Shown piece after piece: positions 1 through 10,035 of a stretch of 64,000 bases of DNA (within the stretch, counting starts at the first letter, position 1; each line of letters starts with the position of its first letter). Position numbers and translations under genes: made by a program. The stretch spans positions 3,136,001 to 3,200,000 of the forward strand of contig CBDHHL010000032.1 in NCBI GenBank assembly GCA_965263355.1, given 5' to 3'. Source of the DNA: Leptolyngbyaceae cyanobacterium. Lineage in GTDB: Bacteria > Cyanobacteriota > Cyanobacteriia > Phormidesmidales > Phormidesmidaceae. Below the pieces are notes generated by a model that did not search any database, was not told where the DNA came from, and saw only the letters and a program-made list of their open reading frames with translations.

Positions 1-45
1 AGATAAACAATGGCGGCTGGATGTCCCATTACCGGGCTTTTTATC

Positions 46-160
46 CTAAGGATCTATCAAGGCTAAGATCTCGGGTAAGCCGGGTAAAGAGGTAAGAGTA
101 AACCGGATGAAGCGTCACCCTTTACCCTATAGCCCTGGGGGCATGGCTGACGCTAGTACT
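46..160. mobile_element. Degenerate MITE-like dispersed repeat (copy 1)
   Basis: Reverse complement (AGGGTAAAGGGTGACGCTTCATCC...CTCTTTACCCGGCTTACCCGAGATCTTAGCCTTGATAGA) aligns with 38541-38624; right boundary uncertain. Confidence 0.6.
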
Positions 161-586
161 CTTACTCAATACAGCATGCCTATTTTTGGCTTTGACGCTG
201 CAATAGTAAACGAACTCAATCTTTTGTAAGATATTAACAAATCGTTTAACTTTCTAGAATTTTCTCCTAAGCACTCAATTCTGGACGTTTAGCGATTGCT
301 CAGTCGAGCCAGGTCTTTGCAATACAGTCTCATCAAAAATCTAGGAAGCCCCAGTTTATCCAATGCTGAGACCATGACCCAAGTGACCATAAAGTTTTAT
401 ATAGGACTATCTAACCAAGGTAAACAGAATACCTGATCTCAAAGGGCTGAGACTCATACCCATGTAACTAGTGTCAAATCAAAGTATCGTTATGTCAACT
501 TTGTAGGCCTTTTATCAATTTTGTCAGCCTTTGCAGTCTTTTCTAATAGGCACAAGGTAATATTCTTCTAATAAAGCTTGTAGGTT

Positions 587-618
587 GTCTAAATCTAAAT
601 TTAATCCTAGATTTAGAC
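587..618. promoter_or_regulatory. Candidate operator (perfect 11-bp inverted repeat)
   Basis: GTCTAAATCTA-N10-TAGATTTAGAC about 40 bp upstream of ATG 657. Confidence 0.4.
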
Positions 619-656
619 TCTTCAGGTTGTAATTGTGGAGACAATTGTGCCTGGTT

Positions 657-926
657 ATGAATGCTTTCGCAGTTACTCTTGTTGAATTTCTGCTGAAAAC
701 GATTCAGGTTTACTTTACCGCTGGTTTAGTATTCGCGATTGTTTTCGTGCTGTTTGGTGTGCAGCGTACCGACCATGGTGCCCAGGGATTAGCCCCTTTC
801 TTTCGTCTCATTATCATTCCAGGAGTCAGTATTTTTTGGCCCCTATTCGCACTCCGCCTAGTGCAGGGCAAACAACATCCCATAGAACAAACAGCCCATC
901 GGCAAGCAGCCAAATTCATTCGATAA
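657..926 (+). CDS. Small membrane protein (hypothetical)
   Basis: Two hydrophobic segments, FRLIIIPG..IFWP motif; ATG 657 preferred over TTG 633; first gene of a co-oriented cluster. Confidence 0.7.
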   Translation: MNAFAVTLVEFLLKTIQVYFTAGLVFAIVFVLFGVQRTDHGAQGLAPFFRLIIIPGVSIFWPLFALRLVQGKQHPIEQTAHRQAAKFIR

Positions 927-952
927 CTCACCTAGAAGATCATTAAAAAAAT

Positions 953-1189
953 ATGGAGGTTCATGTGATTATCTCGCGTCGCAAGATCCATCTCTTTTCA
1001 TCCATTGCTCTGGCGATCATGATGCCAATCATTTTTATTGCCGGGATACTGTTTCGACCTGCTTACACCACGATTACCGCTGACACGGATCAATTAATGA
1101 GCTACTCAACAGGCCATACAATAGTTACGCAGCCATGGAACCAAAGTGCATTTGGACAGGATCCCATCAGCTCACTTCTAAAGCATTAA
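953..1189 (+). CDS. Small single-pass membrane protein (hypothetical)
   Basis: Basic RRKIH followed by one TM helix; 26 bp after previous gene. Confidence 0.6.
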   Translation: MEVHVIISRRKIHLFSSIALAIMMPIIFIAGILFRPAYTTITADTDQLMSYSTGHTIVTQPWNQSAFGQDPISSLLKH

Positions 1190-1497
1190 ATAATAGATAG
1201 GGAGCAACTCCAGCCGTTACAGTTTCATTGGGCCGAGAATCAGGGATTAGGCGTCAGAATTCAGAACATTACTGACGTCTGATTTCTGTTTCTTACACTT
1301 TGGGACAATGTCTGGCTTTAAGCTGTGCTTCCAACAGACAACGTCCCTTTTTCTCACCTGTTTGCAAAGTCTCAGCTAGACGCTCTAGCATAGTGCGTAT
1401 GGTTTTTGATGTTCGCCTTTTGACCATCGCTCAGCATCTGTGGTCTAACATGTGTCCCATCATTAACCGCTCATTTCACCAATGATATCTCCTTGCC

Positions 1498-2571
1498 ATG
1501 AGTGTTTCCTATAAGTCCATTCAGTGGAACCGACAGAAGCTTATCTATGACGCTATCTTGTTAGGGACTGTTGGCCTATATCTTTATATTTTTTTCACAG
1601 TTGCTAGTAAAACAGGAACAGGGTTAGACATTAGAGGGATCGGTATCCGCGCCTATGGGTCCGCTGCCTTTATTCTGTTGAATGTGATTCTGTCCATTGG
1701 CCCCCTTACACGTTTAGATAAGCGGTTTTATCCCCTCTTGTTTAATCGCCGCCATATGGGTGTCACATTTTTCTTTTTGGCATTAATTCATGCCATTGGC
1801 CTCGGTCTACCCCTGATCCCATTCAAAGTAAATGGTGTGCTTACTTGGTATCACGACTTTGGTAATCTCAAACCATTGGTTAGCCTGTTTGTTAGCAACA
1901 TTGAGTACACTGATTTAATTCGCTTCCCCTTTGAAAGTCTCGGAGCCGCAGCTTTAGTAATTTTCTTTGTGATGGCAGCAACTAGCCACGATTTCTGGTT
2001 AGTGAACTTGACGGCACCCATTTGGAAAATACTACACATGGGTGTGTATCTAGCCTATGGTCTGGTGGTCTCCCATGTGATCCTTGGGCCTCTACAAACT
2101 AATCAACATCCTATTTTAACTATTGGTGTGGGCATCAGCTTGGTATGGATTGTGGGTTTACACGTGTTCACCGCTCTGAGGGAAGCCAAAATAGATAATC
2201 AAACAGCTAACAAAACCGACGAAGCTGGGTTTGTAGACGTGGGTAGTGTGGATGAAATTCTGGAAAATAGAGCCAAAATTGTAACCCTGGCAGGAGAGCG
2301 CGTAGCCATCTTCAAATATGACGGCAAACTCTCAGCTGTTTCTAATGTTTGCCAGCACCAGAATGGTCCCCTCGGTGAGGGCAAAATTGTCGATGGTTGT
2401 ATTACGTGTCCCTGGCATGGGTATCAGTATTTACCCACTGAGGGCGCATCACCACCGCCCTTTACCGAAAAAATTCCTACGTTTGAGGTGCGTGTGGTAG
2501 GCGATCGCATCTGGGTTGATCCGCTCGCAAAGCCACCAGGCACCAGGGTTGAGCCAGCTGTAATTGGATAA
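1498..2571 (+). CDS. Ferric reductase-like (MsrQ-like) transmembrane protein fused to C-terminal Rieske [2Fe-2S] domain
   Basis: NRRHMGV...LIH, ATSHD, WKILH..VY heme-b type motifs; Rieske motifs CQHQNGPL and CPWHG. Confidence 0.9.
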   Translation: MSVSYKSIQWNRQKLIYDAILLGTVGLYLYIFFTVASKTGTGLDIRGIGIRAYGSAAFILLNVILSIGPLTRLDKRFYPLLFNRRHMGVTFFFLALIHAIGLGLPLIPFKVNGVLTWYHDFGNLKPLVSLFVSNIEYTDLIRFPFESLGAAALVIFFVMAATSHDFWLVNLTAPIWKILHMGVYLAYGLVVSHVILGPLQTNQHPILTIGVGISLVWIVGLHVFTALREAKIDNQTANKTDEAGFVDVGSVDEILENRAKIVTLAGERVAIFKYDGKLSAVSNVCQHQNGPLGEGKIVDGCITCPWHGYQYLPTEGASPPPFTEKIPTFEVRVVGDRIWVDPLAKPPGTRVEPAVIG

Positions 2572-2685
2572 AAGGCGATCTTATCAGTATCCCTCAAATG
2601 CTCAGATGAACGGGGATTGAATCACTTCACTAGTAACGTCTTCAACAGTTTCGCTTCAATACCTCAGTATTTTGGATATTCTCCG

Positions 2686-3441
2686 ATGACTCAACGCGAC
2701 GATTTTTATATTGGTTATGCGCCTGTCCCACCTAGTGTGCGGCGCTTGTTGCTGTGGTTTATACCGGTATTGGTGTTATGCGTCTTGGGGGTAGCGATCA
2801 TTGCGCCATCGCTCCATTTTGACCAGGCAAATCCAGGGCAAATTCTAGGTAGTCAAGAGTTTGAAGGGTTATTGCTGGCAGAGCCATCGCCGCACTTATT
2901 GGTGCCGAATCCAGACGCACCGGATGAACCGTTTAGGGTATACCCCCTATCTGGGCTAAATAAAATGGCTCCCAGACCAAACATTATGGAAAACGCGGGG
3001 AACTGGGTAAAGCTGAAGGGGCTTTTGGTGAGTCGTAAACCCTATGAAATGTTAGCGGCTCAATCGGCGGAGGCAATTGATGTACCTGCTGGGGCAGCAA
3101 GAGTAGAAGATCAAACGTTGTCGTTGGGTGAGTTTGCGATCGCAGGTGAAATTGTCGATGGAAAATGCTATCCCGGCATTATGAAACCGGGCCGTACTAA
3201 GACCCATCGTGGCTGTGCTGTGCGTTGTATCAGCGGCGGTGTACCCCCAGTGTTTCGAGCAGGCAGCAAAAACGGCCCATCGCTTTACTTTATGCTTTCA
3301 GACCTGGATGGTCAGGCAGTTAATGATCGCGTTCTGAATATGGTGGCCGACCCGATTCAGATTACGGGCGAGGTTCTCCAGTATGGAGACTTTTTCATTT
3401 TGAAAGCAGATCCAGCTACCTATGAGCGGTTACCAGCATAG
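2686..3441 (+). CDS. Membrane-anchored hypothetical protein with Cys/His motif
   Basis: N-terminal TM helix; GEIVDGKCYPGIMKPG..KTHRGCAVRCISGG motif; ATG 2686 preferred. Confidence 0.8.
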   Translation: MTQRDDFYIGYAPVPPSVRRLLLWFIPVLVLCVLGVAIIAPSLHFDQANPGQILGSQEFEGLLLAEPSPHLLVPNPDAPDEPFRVYPLSGLNKMAPRPNIMENAGNWVKLKGLLVSRKPYEMLAAQSAEAIDVPAGAARVEDQTLSLGEFAIAGEIVDGKCYPGIMKPGRTKTHRGCAVRCISGGVPPVFRAGSKNGPSLYFMLSDLDGQAVNDRVLNMVADPIQITGEVLQYGDFFILKADPATYERLPA

Positions 3442-3519
3442 TGCCAATTACAGCAAGAGAACGTAAGACTCTCGGTACTGTGTAATAAGCTGAATAGTAG
3501 TCTCACGGAGCTTGCAGCA

Positions 3520-3825
3520 ATGGGACAGTATTATCAATTTGTAAATCGTACACGTCAAGAAGTATCGCAAATCTCGTTACCGTTTAATTTTCGGATGCCC
3601 TATGCCAAGTCTTTAGAGCGGTACGACTCCCAAGAAGTTGAAGCAATGTTTCGCTTTGTAATCAAGCATAATGCTGAGTGGTGTGCAGACGACGAACTGA
3701 TTGCTGAGGGCGATTACGGTGAAGTGATTACGTTTCAGCACAGCGCAGAGCCCAGTTCTAGCTATGGCTGGGAAAGTTATACGCCTGATCCGGTTGAGCC
3801 CAAACCTTATCCTGAGGCTCAATAA
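3520..3825 (+). CDS. Hypothetical protein
   Basis: 101-aa ORF with upstream GGAG; no family recognised. Confidence 0.55.
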   Translation: MGQYYQFVNRTRQEVSQISLPFNFRMPYAKSLERYDSQEVEAMFRFVIKHNAEWCADDELIAEGDYGEVITFQHSAEPSSSYGWESYTPDPVEPKPYPEAQ

Positions 3826-4516
3826 TTGTTGGCATACTCCCATTGGAGTATGCACGAATAAGAATGAGCGATCGCCCACCTGCGGTGGTTACCATTTCTG
3901 TGGTTGTCCGTTCTTCAATGGGGGGTAAATTTGCCCGACGATCAAAAATTACCAACCACCCTTTATCCAGGTCCAACCCAGCTAAATAGCGATCGATCTG
4001 TTCCAGTCCTCTTTTAAGCGGATCGGGTTTACCCTCGCGCCAAACCTTTAACTCTATTCCCAACGTGACTGGTCCATAACGCAAACATAAATCCATCCGG
4101 CCCGCACCAATGGCATATTCCCGCTCCAGGGTTCCACCGCCATTCACCACCCGATGTAAAAAGGCCATCATTACTAAATGGGGGGCAATCTCGTGATATG
4201 GGGCACTTTTGAGTAAGGGTTCACCATGCTGTCGCCAAAATCCTAGAAATGCATCCAGCAGCTTTACTGGATCTAACTCTCCTGTTGCATTTAACCAACT
4301 AGGGCTGATGCTCGGTAAGCTGTCCTGGGTTCCACTTGCTAGAACGCGGGGAATGATTTCTTTGTAAATCCGGTTTGCGATCGCTAACCCTTCATTGGGT
4401 GTTCGTCTTACTAAACCAAGATCAATCAAAAGTTGACGGTCATCGTCGGGCACATCTCCCAATTCATCGCCGGACAGCATTGGTTCAAGAATGGCCTGTA
4501 TATGAGGTTCTCGCAA
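3758..4516 (-). pseudogene. C-terminal fragment of AAA-ATPase / PD-(D/E)XK nuclease-like protein
   Basis: REYAIGAGRMDL...IELKVW...QIDRYL nuclease-like tail; no P-loop upstream; reads on past ILIRA into the convergent gene. Confidence 0.7.
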
Positions 4517-4745
4517 TTTTTTAAACGGAACTTCAGTTATGGCAGATCAGGCAGCTGACGTTGATAAATCGTTTAGATTTGTCGACTGCAAAGTTGTTCC
4601 TGATGAGCTGCAGTTTATTCTTCAGTCTGAAACTGAAGCAATTGAATTTATGCCAACAAACAGAAAAAACTGGGAACGTCGTGGACGTATGATCGTATTT
4701 CTGCTCTAGCAAGCATAGATATTATTCTGCCCGCTGCCCATAAGG

Positions 4746-6788
4746 CTATGCCTGTAAATCCGCAAGTGCCCCACGGGCCATATTTGCGATCGCCTTATCC
4801 GTCGCCTTAGGCAGCTGATAATACTTACCCCCTGCCGTTTTAGCAAGCTCCTTACCAAACCCAGTCGAAACAAACTTGCGCTCAGTGTCGATGATTAACA
4901 ACTGAAAACCCGTCATCCGAATCCGCCCAGCAATATCCAACAGCTCAGCCTTGATATCCGGCTTCTCACCTTCTTCCATCGGTTCTCCCAAGGAACGCGC
5001 CAACGGCACATTCCCCCGACCATCCGTAATCGCAATAATCACCACATTACCCGTATCCCCAGACTGCTGTGCATTGGTACCCACCCGCACCGCCTGACTG
5101 AGACCATGGGCCAACGGCGACCCACCCCCACAGGGCATCGTCTCCAACCGCCGTCGTGCCGCCGTAATCGAACGCGTCGGCGGCAACAACACCTCCGCCT
5201 GTTCCCCTCGAAACGGAATCAACGCCACCTGATCTCGATTCTGATACGCATCCGTCAACAGACTCAGCACCGCTCCCTTAGCTGACTGCATACGGTTCAG
5301 TGCCATCGACCCTGAGGCATCGACAACAAACACAATCAATGAACCCGCCTTACGGGCCAATCGCTTCGCCCGAATATCACCCTGTTCAACAATTACTTTG
5401 CGCTCAGGTTGTCGCGCCCGCCGTGCCTTTTGATAGGGAGCCGCCGCCCGCAACGTTGCATCCACCGCAATCCGACGTACCGGCCCTTGCGGCAAAATAG
5501 GCTTAATATAACGACCCCGATCCTCAGAAATCACCAGACTTTGACTGCCCGAGTTGCCCTGCTTACTCATTGTTTCGGCAAACAACAAAAGAGAGGGATC
5601 TAGAACCACACCTTCAGGATCAAACAAAAACTCTTCTGGAATACTTGGAGGAGACTCTTCCTGCTCTTCCTCAGGCTCATCATCGTTGTCATTCTCATCG
5701 TTTTCCTGAGACTCGTCTTGATCATCGTCCTGCTGATTTTCCGGCGGCGGTGGCGGTGGCGGCTGCTCATCCTCCGGTGGCGGCTGATCCTGATTTATAG
5801 CCCGAGGAATAATCACTAGCTCCACGGCCCGACGTAAATCATCTGCATTAATGTCAGTCCGACCATCCAGGGCAGCACTCGCCTTAGCCACCCGCACCGC
5901 AAAAAGTTCCGCTCGATGGCCCTCGGTACCACCCCGAATCGCTTCAGTCACCAGATACTGCACCTGGTCAGGGGTAATGACAACATCCTTCAGCCATTCA
6001 CGGGCCAAAATTATTTGGGTTTTCAGATTATCAATTTCTTCGAGGTACCCAGCTAAGAAACCCTCTGGATCATCAGCATAGTTAGTCGCCTGGTCGGTAG
6101 CCTCCACCCGTTCTTCCATGGTAAGCGCCCGGTCGGCAGAGAGAGCGATCGCAATCCGATCCAACAAATGCTGCCTGAGCGCTCCCTCTTCTGGGTTGTA
6201 AGTCGCCACTAATAAAGGCCTACAGGGATGCTGAAAACTAATCCCCTCACGCTCAATTTGGTTACGCCCCTCAGTCAATGTCCCCAGCAACAGGTTCGAG
6301 ATCTGATCATCCAGCAGGTTAACCTCATCCACGTAGAGCACCCCCCGATGAGCCTCAGCTAATAATCCAGGCTGAAAAACAGATTCCCCCGTTTGAATAG
6401 ACTTGGCCACATCCACCGACCCCAACAAACGATCCTCAGTCACCCCCAACGGAATCTGAATAAAGGGAGACGGAATCACCTTAGTCGGCAAATCATCCAG
6501 ATTGGCAGGGTCCTCACGCTCCCCAAAACGCTCAAGTGTGGCATCATCCCACCCTCGAATATCCGTAGGATCTACATTGGCACAGGAACCATCAACTACT
6601 TCAATAGGGGGCAACAGCTGGTGTAGCCCTCGAGCTAACACGGACTTAGCCGTACCACGACGCCCCGCAATCACCACACCACCCAAACTAGGATCCACCG
6701 CCGCCAACAGTAACGCTAGTTTAATTGCATCCTGACCAACAACAGCCATCAATGGAAAGGTAGTGGGCGTATCCGCGAGGACCTGCAT
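4746..6788 (-). CDS. chlD: Magnesium chelatase subunit D
   Basis: AAA+ domain (GRRGTAKS), Pro/acidic linker, vWA domain (VDASGSM, TDG). Confidence 0.97.
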   Translation of the reverse strand: MQVLADTPTTFPLMAVVGQDAIKLALLLAAVDPSLGGVVIAGRRGTAKSVLARGLHQLLPPIEVVDGSCANVDPTDIRGWDDATLERFGEREDPANLDDLPTKVIPSPFIQIPLGVTEDRLLGSVDVAKSIQTGESVFQPGLLAEAHRGVLYVDEVNLLDDQISNLLLGTLTEGRNQIEREGISFQHPCRPLLVATYNPEEGALRQHLLDRIAIALSADRALTMEERVEATDQATNYADDPEGFLAGYLEEIDNLKTQIILAREWLKDVVITPDQVQYLVTEAIRGGTEGHRAELFAVRVAKASAALDGRTDINADDLRRAVELVIIPRAINQDQPPPEDEQPPPPPPPENQQDDDQDESQENDENDNDDEPEEEQEESPPSIPEEFLFDPEGVVLDPSLLLFAETMSKQGNSGSQSLVISEDRGRYIKPILPQGPVRRIAVDATLRAAAPYQKARRARQPERKVIVEQGDIRAKRLARKAGSLIVFVVDASGSMALNRMQSAKGAVLSLLTDAYQNRDQVALIPFRGEQAEVLLPPTRSITAARRRLETMPCGGGSPLAHGLSQAVRVGTNAQQSGDTGNVVIIAITDGRGNVPLARSLGEPMEEGEKPDIKAELLDIAGRIRMTGFQLLIIDTERKFVSTGFGKELAKTAGGKYYQLPKATDKAIANMARGALADLQA

Positions 6789-6930
6789 TTTTTTGCTCTA
6801 ATCGACGTAATAGCCACTCTATCACTGCTTGTTGTTCAGCAATCGTACCGATCAAAAGTAAGCCACTTAAGTAGTGTAAGTGTTGATGTTCAACCTTTAG
6901 AATCTAAAGACCTATGCCTGTGAGTTCCTG

Positions 6931-7497
6931 ATGCCTGTCGCTGTCTGCAAGCTGTTGACCTATCAAGGGCAATATAGCAAGTGCCAAATCAAGGTACCTG
7001 ATGTTGATGCCAAACTACCGGCCATTAAGATTGGTGGTCAGCTATACAGCCTATTTCGTAGATTTGCCGATGCAGACGCTGCCATGAAGGCACTGCAGAA
7101 ATTAGCCCAACAAGGAGATGAACTAGCTTTAACTAAGCAAACTCCTAACAAGTATGTTATGTGGGCATTAGAAGTTGACGCACACATATTCAAAGATCCT
7201 AAACAGGAAGGACAAACATGGCCAACCTGTGGACCTGCTGTCTGCTTGATGCTGGGTGATGCCAAACAGTACCACCAATGTTACGTCACTGTACCTGAGC
7301 TAACCAAACCAATAGTAGCCGTATGGCATGAGCAACGGTTTTACAGTGTCTACCAAACAAGGCTGAACGCCGCCGAAGCACTAGAACTTGCTAGCCAGTT
7401 AACCTGGCGAGGACATGATAGTGCGATCGCAGCCACCGCTAAAGGATATGCTGTCTGCCTATGGGAACCCGAAGCCAACCCTCAAAAATGCCCGTAG
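6931..7497 (+). CDS. Hypothetical protein with two-fold internal repeat
   Basis: QYSKCQIKVPD...YS...YVMWALE and QYHQCYVTVPE...YS...YAVCLWE halves align. Confidence 0.75.
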   Translation: MPVAVCKLLTYQGQYSKCQIKVPDVDAKLPAIKIGGQLYSLFRRFADADAAMKALQKLAQQGDELALTKQTPNKYVMWALEVDAHIFKDPKQEGQTWPTCGPAVCLMLGDAKQYHQCYVTVPELTKPIVAVWHEQRFYSVYQTRLNAAEALELASQLTWRGHDSAIAATAKGYAVCLWEPEANPQKCP

Positions 7498-7521
7498 AGG
7501 CATTGTGCTCAATGCCCCTAC
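7494..7521. repeat. REP-like palindrome / terminator between convergent genes
   Basis: GTAGAGGCATTG-TGCT-CAATGCCCCTAC. Confidence 0.6.
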
Positions 7522-7550
7522 GACCATCGGAAAAAAATAAAAACCTGAAC

Positions 7551-7892
7551 CTAACGTCGACCTGGCAGAATAGGCTGCTCTACAGCATTGCGGAAGCGGA
7601 TAACATCTTCACTAAAATCAATCGGCAATACAGCCACCACATTTTCATGGGGACGAGGAATAATCACCCAGGTCTCTAAAACTCCACCAGGGGCATTTTC
7701 TGCAGCCTCAACACCAGCTGCCATCGCTGCCTTAACCTCAGACACATCGCCACGAATATTGATACAGAAACGTGCACTACCTGCCCGAATATAATTTACC
7801 AATGTGACTCGTCCTGCTTTCACCATCGCATCTGCAGCGGCTAATACAGGGGGAAACCCCTTTGTCTCTAACGATCCTACTGCCTCGGGCAT
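7551..7892 (-). CDS. ccmK: Carboxysome shell hexamer (CcmK4-like BMC protein)
   Basis: AVGSLETKGFP..LAAADAMVKAGRV, RAGSARF, IIPRPHENV. Confidence 0.93.
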   Translation of the reverse strand: MPEAVGSLETKGFPPVLAAADAMVKAGRVTLVNYIRAGSARFCINIRGDVSEVKAAMAAGVEAAENAPGGVLETWVIIPRPHENVVAVLPIDFSEDVIRFRNAVEQPILPGRR

Positions 7893-8018
7893 TGACGTTC
7901 TCCTTAACTACGAGCCTAGATTGGCTTTAACTGCAACCACGTCTAAGTTGAACCATATTAGTTCCCTGACGGAAAAATTTTAGTTCTGGACGTGAAAAAG
8001 ATGAAATAACTCCAAAGT

Positions 8019-8927
8019 CTATTCTACGGGAGACGCGGGGGCTTGAATAGATACAACGGGTTGCGTTTGCTGAACAAACATTTCAACTCTCGTAAAGTAT
8101 TCTGACCCAGCCGTCTCAGCTACGTTGTTATGCGCCGCTTCTGGAACTAGCCATAGCCGTTTAGGGACGGGCGATATCTCATACAGATGTTCTGACATTG
8201 CAGCGATTGTCGTCTCATCCTGCAGCCCATGAATATATAACACCGGTACCGTCAGGTGAGGGACCTTAGCTATGGAATCAAATCGCTGGGTCAAGATCCA
8301 GTTCACTGGCACCCAGTTATATTGCCCTGTGAATTCAACCGCTGCAATCATAGAACTGAAGGTACTCTGTACAATCAGCCCCGCCGCCGGACGTTGCATC
8401 GATAACTCAATGGCAATTGCGCCCCCTAAAGAATGACCAAATAACCAAAGTTGCTGAGGGGGGATTTCACGGGTTTCCGTTAGATAACGATAGGCTGCGA
8501 TCGCATCTTCATACACCCGCTGCTCATTAGGAAATGGACCTGAACTCCGGCCATAGCCCCGATAGTCTACTAGCAGCACATTAAATCCCATACGCTGATA
8601 GCGGTGGGCTAACCCTAAATTGGACCCAATGTTCTCACCATTGCCATGCAGATACAACAGCGTTAACCCATAGTCATATAATGTTCCTGGCAAACCGGGT
8701 AACCACCAACCATGTAAGCCTCTACCAGGAGACAGTTTGCCCTCTGCACTAAGCCAAACCTCTTCATACTCCAACTGCTCTTCTGCCGGTGTTAACGTCA
8801 CCAGGGAGGAGGGTTTAAAGATCAGCCTAGTTTGATAAAAATATAAACCAACACATATCCCACCATAGATACTAGCTACAACGATGGTTAGCGTCAGTAG
8901 TACCTGATCAACAGTCATTGACAGCAT
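8019..8927 (-). CDS. Alpha/beta hydrolase
   Basis: LHGNGEN, DYRGYGRS, GHSLGG nucleophile elbow, C-terminal His; N-terminal TM; start uncertain. Confidence 0.9.
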   Translation of the reverse strand: MLSMTVDQVLLTLTIVVASIYGGICVGLYFYQTRLIFKPSSLVTLTPAEEQLEYEEVWLSAEGKLSPGRGLHGWWLPGLPGTLYDYGLTLLYLHGNGENIGSNLGLAHRYQRMGFNVLLVDYRGYGRSSGPFPNEQRVYEDAIAAYRYLTETREIPPQQLWLFGHSLGGAIAIELSMQRPAAGLIVQSTFSSMIAAVEFTGQYNWVPVNWILTQRFDSIAKVPHLTVPVLYIHGLQDETTIAAMSEHLYEISPVPKRLWLVPEAAHNNVAETAGSEYFTRVEMFVQQTQPVVSIQAPASPVE

Positions 8928-9022
8928 TATCCCCAAAATCGACTTAAATTCAACGGACACAGGGGTTATCGTCATGCACCCAAAAAAGAAGGCGCTCTGT
9001 ACAGCGCCTTCACACAAACTTT

Positions 9023-9832
9023 TTATAAGGACCATTCTTCTTTCAGGGTCTCTAGCTGCCAGAGACGAGTCTCAGTGACTGCAGCCAAGCAAGCATTAAT
9101 ATCTGGCTTAGAGGGTAGGTTCGCTTCATAGTCACAATGGGCATCACGATAGTCTAGCCAAGAGAGCTGTACATCAACCAACGCCTCACCTGCAGCCTCA
9201 GTCGCTAACGCTTGAACAGCCTGGTAAACGTCGTTAAGCTGCGCATCGGCATCTACTAAACGCGTATCAGTCTTTACGGTTTGGCGCAGTTCGGCAATAC
9301 GATTATCGGTAATCTGCTCCATACAAGTCGCATGAATCAATGGAGCTATCGAGCCGCCCTCAAAACGATTACTCTCAAAGGTACACTCAGCATCACGAAA
9401 AACGATCCAGCGTTCTTCAGCCTGAGTCAGCCGAGCTTTGGCAGCATCATCCAACCCCTGACGTACCGACTGATAGACTTGATTTAGCTCTTTATCTGAG
9501 ATCGCGTAGTTTTCAGCCGCGCACTGGTTTATTTCTTGTTGAGTGGCCAGTTGCCCACAGTCCTTTTTAGCCAGGGCAACGGGTGAAACCGGCTCCGGTG
9601 CAGCAGGTTCAATGTCAGAGGGAGCAACCGCAGGAGTATTCGAAGATGGACGCTCTGACGCTTGACTTGCCGAGGCTTTAGTATCCGTTGTTGATTGAGG
9701 AACCACATCATTGGCCGCAGGAGTTGCTCCAACCGAGTCTTCAGGAGCCGTAACCGGTTGCGCCCCCCCACAGCTAGCCAAGCCCAAGAGCAGTACTAGA
9801 GAAAATAAGTTGAAAAAAGTTGGTTTACCCAT
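9023..9832 (-). CDS. Lipoprotein with two LprI/DUF1311 domains
   Basis: LASC lipobox; TQQEINQCA...D.ELN.VY...W..FRDAEC pattern repeated twice. Confidence 0.85.
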   Translation of the reverse strand: MGKPTFFNLFSLVLLLGLASCGGAQPVTAPEDSVGATPAANDVVPQSTTDTKASASQASERPSSNTPAVAPSDIEPAAPEPVSPVALAKKDCGQLATQQEINQCAAENYAISDKELNQVYQSVRQGLDDAAKARLTQAEERWIVFRDAECTFESNRFEGGSIAPLIHATCMEQITDNRIAELRQTVKTDTRLVDADAQLNDVYQAVQALATEAAGEALVDVQLSWLDYRDAHCDYEANLPSKPDINACLAAVTETRLWQLETLKEEWSL

Positions 9833-10035
9833 GGTCACATGACGCCAGCTCACTCCATTGGAGTGTAGCGCAACCAATGATCTAGCTAGGCAAAATCTAA
9901 AGATTATTCAGCGGTTCGCATAGGGAGCCGATTGAACACTATAGGTTAAGCGAAGTACATAGCTGTTGGGCGGACACGATCCCCCGTTCTACTCTCCCTG
10001 TCTCCTTTATTATTGCCTCACCTGCCTACCAGTCT

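Noticed and set aside
4539..4709. 56-codon plus-strand ORF (MADQAADVDK...)
   Set aside because: No recognisable motif or clear RBS; cannot be supported beyond chance
5300..6735. Several plus-strand ORFs inside chlD (and similar shadow ORFs elsewhere in the track)
   Set aside because: Antisense or alternate-frame shadows of well-supported genes
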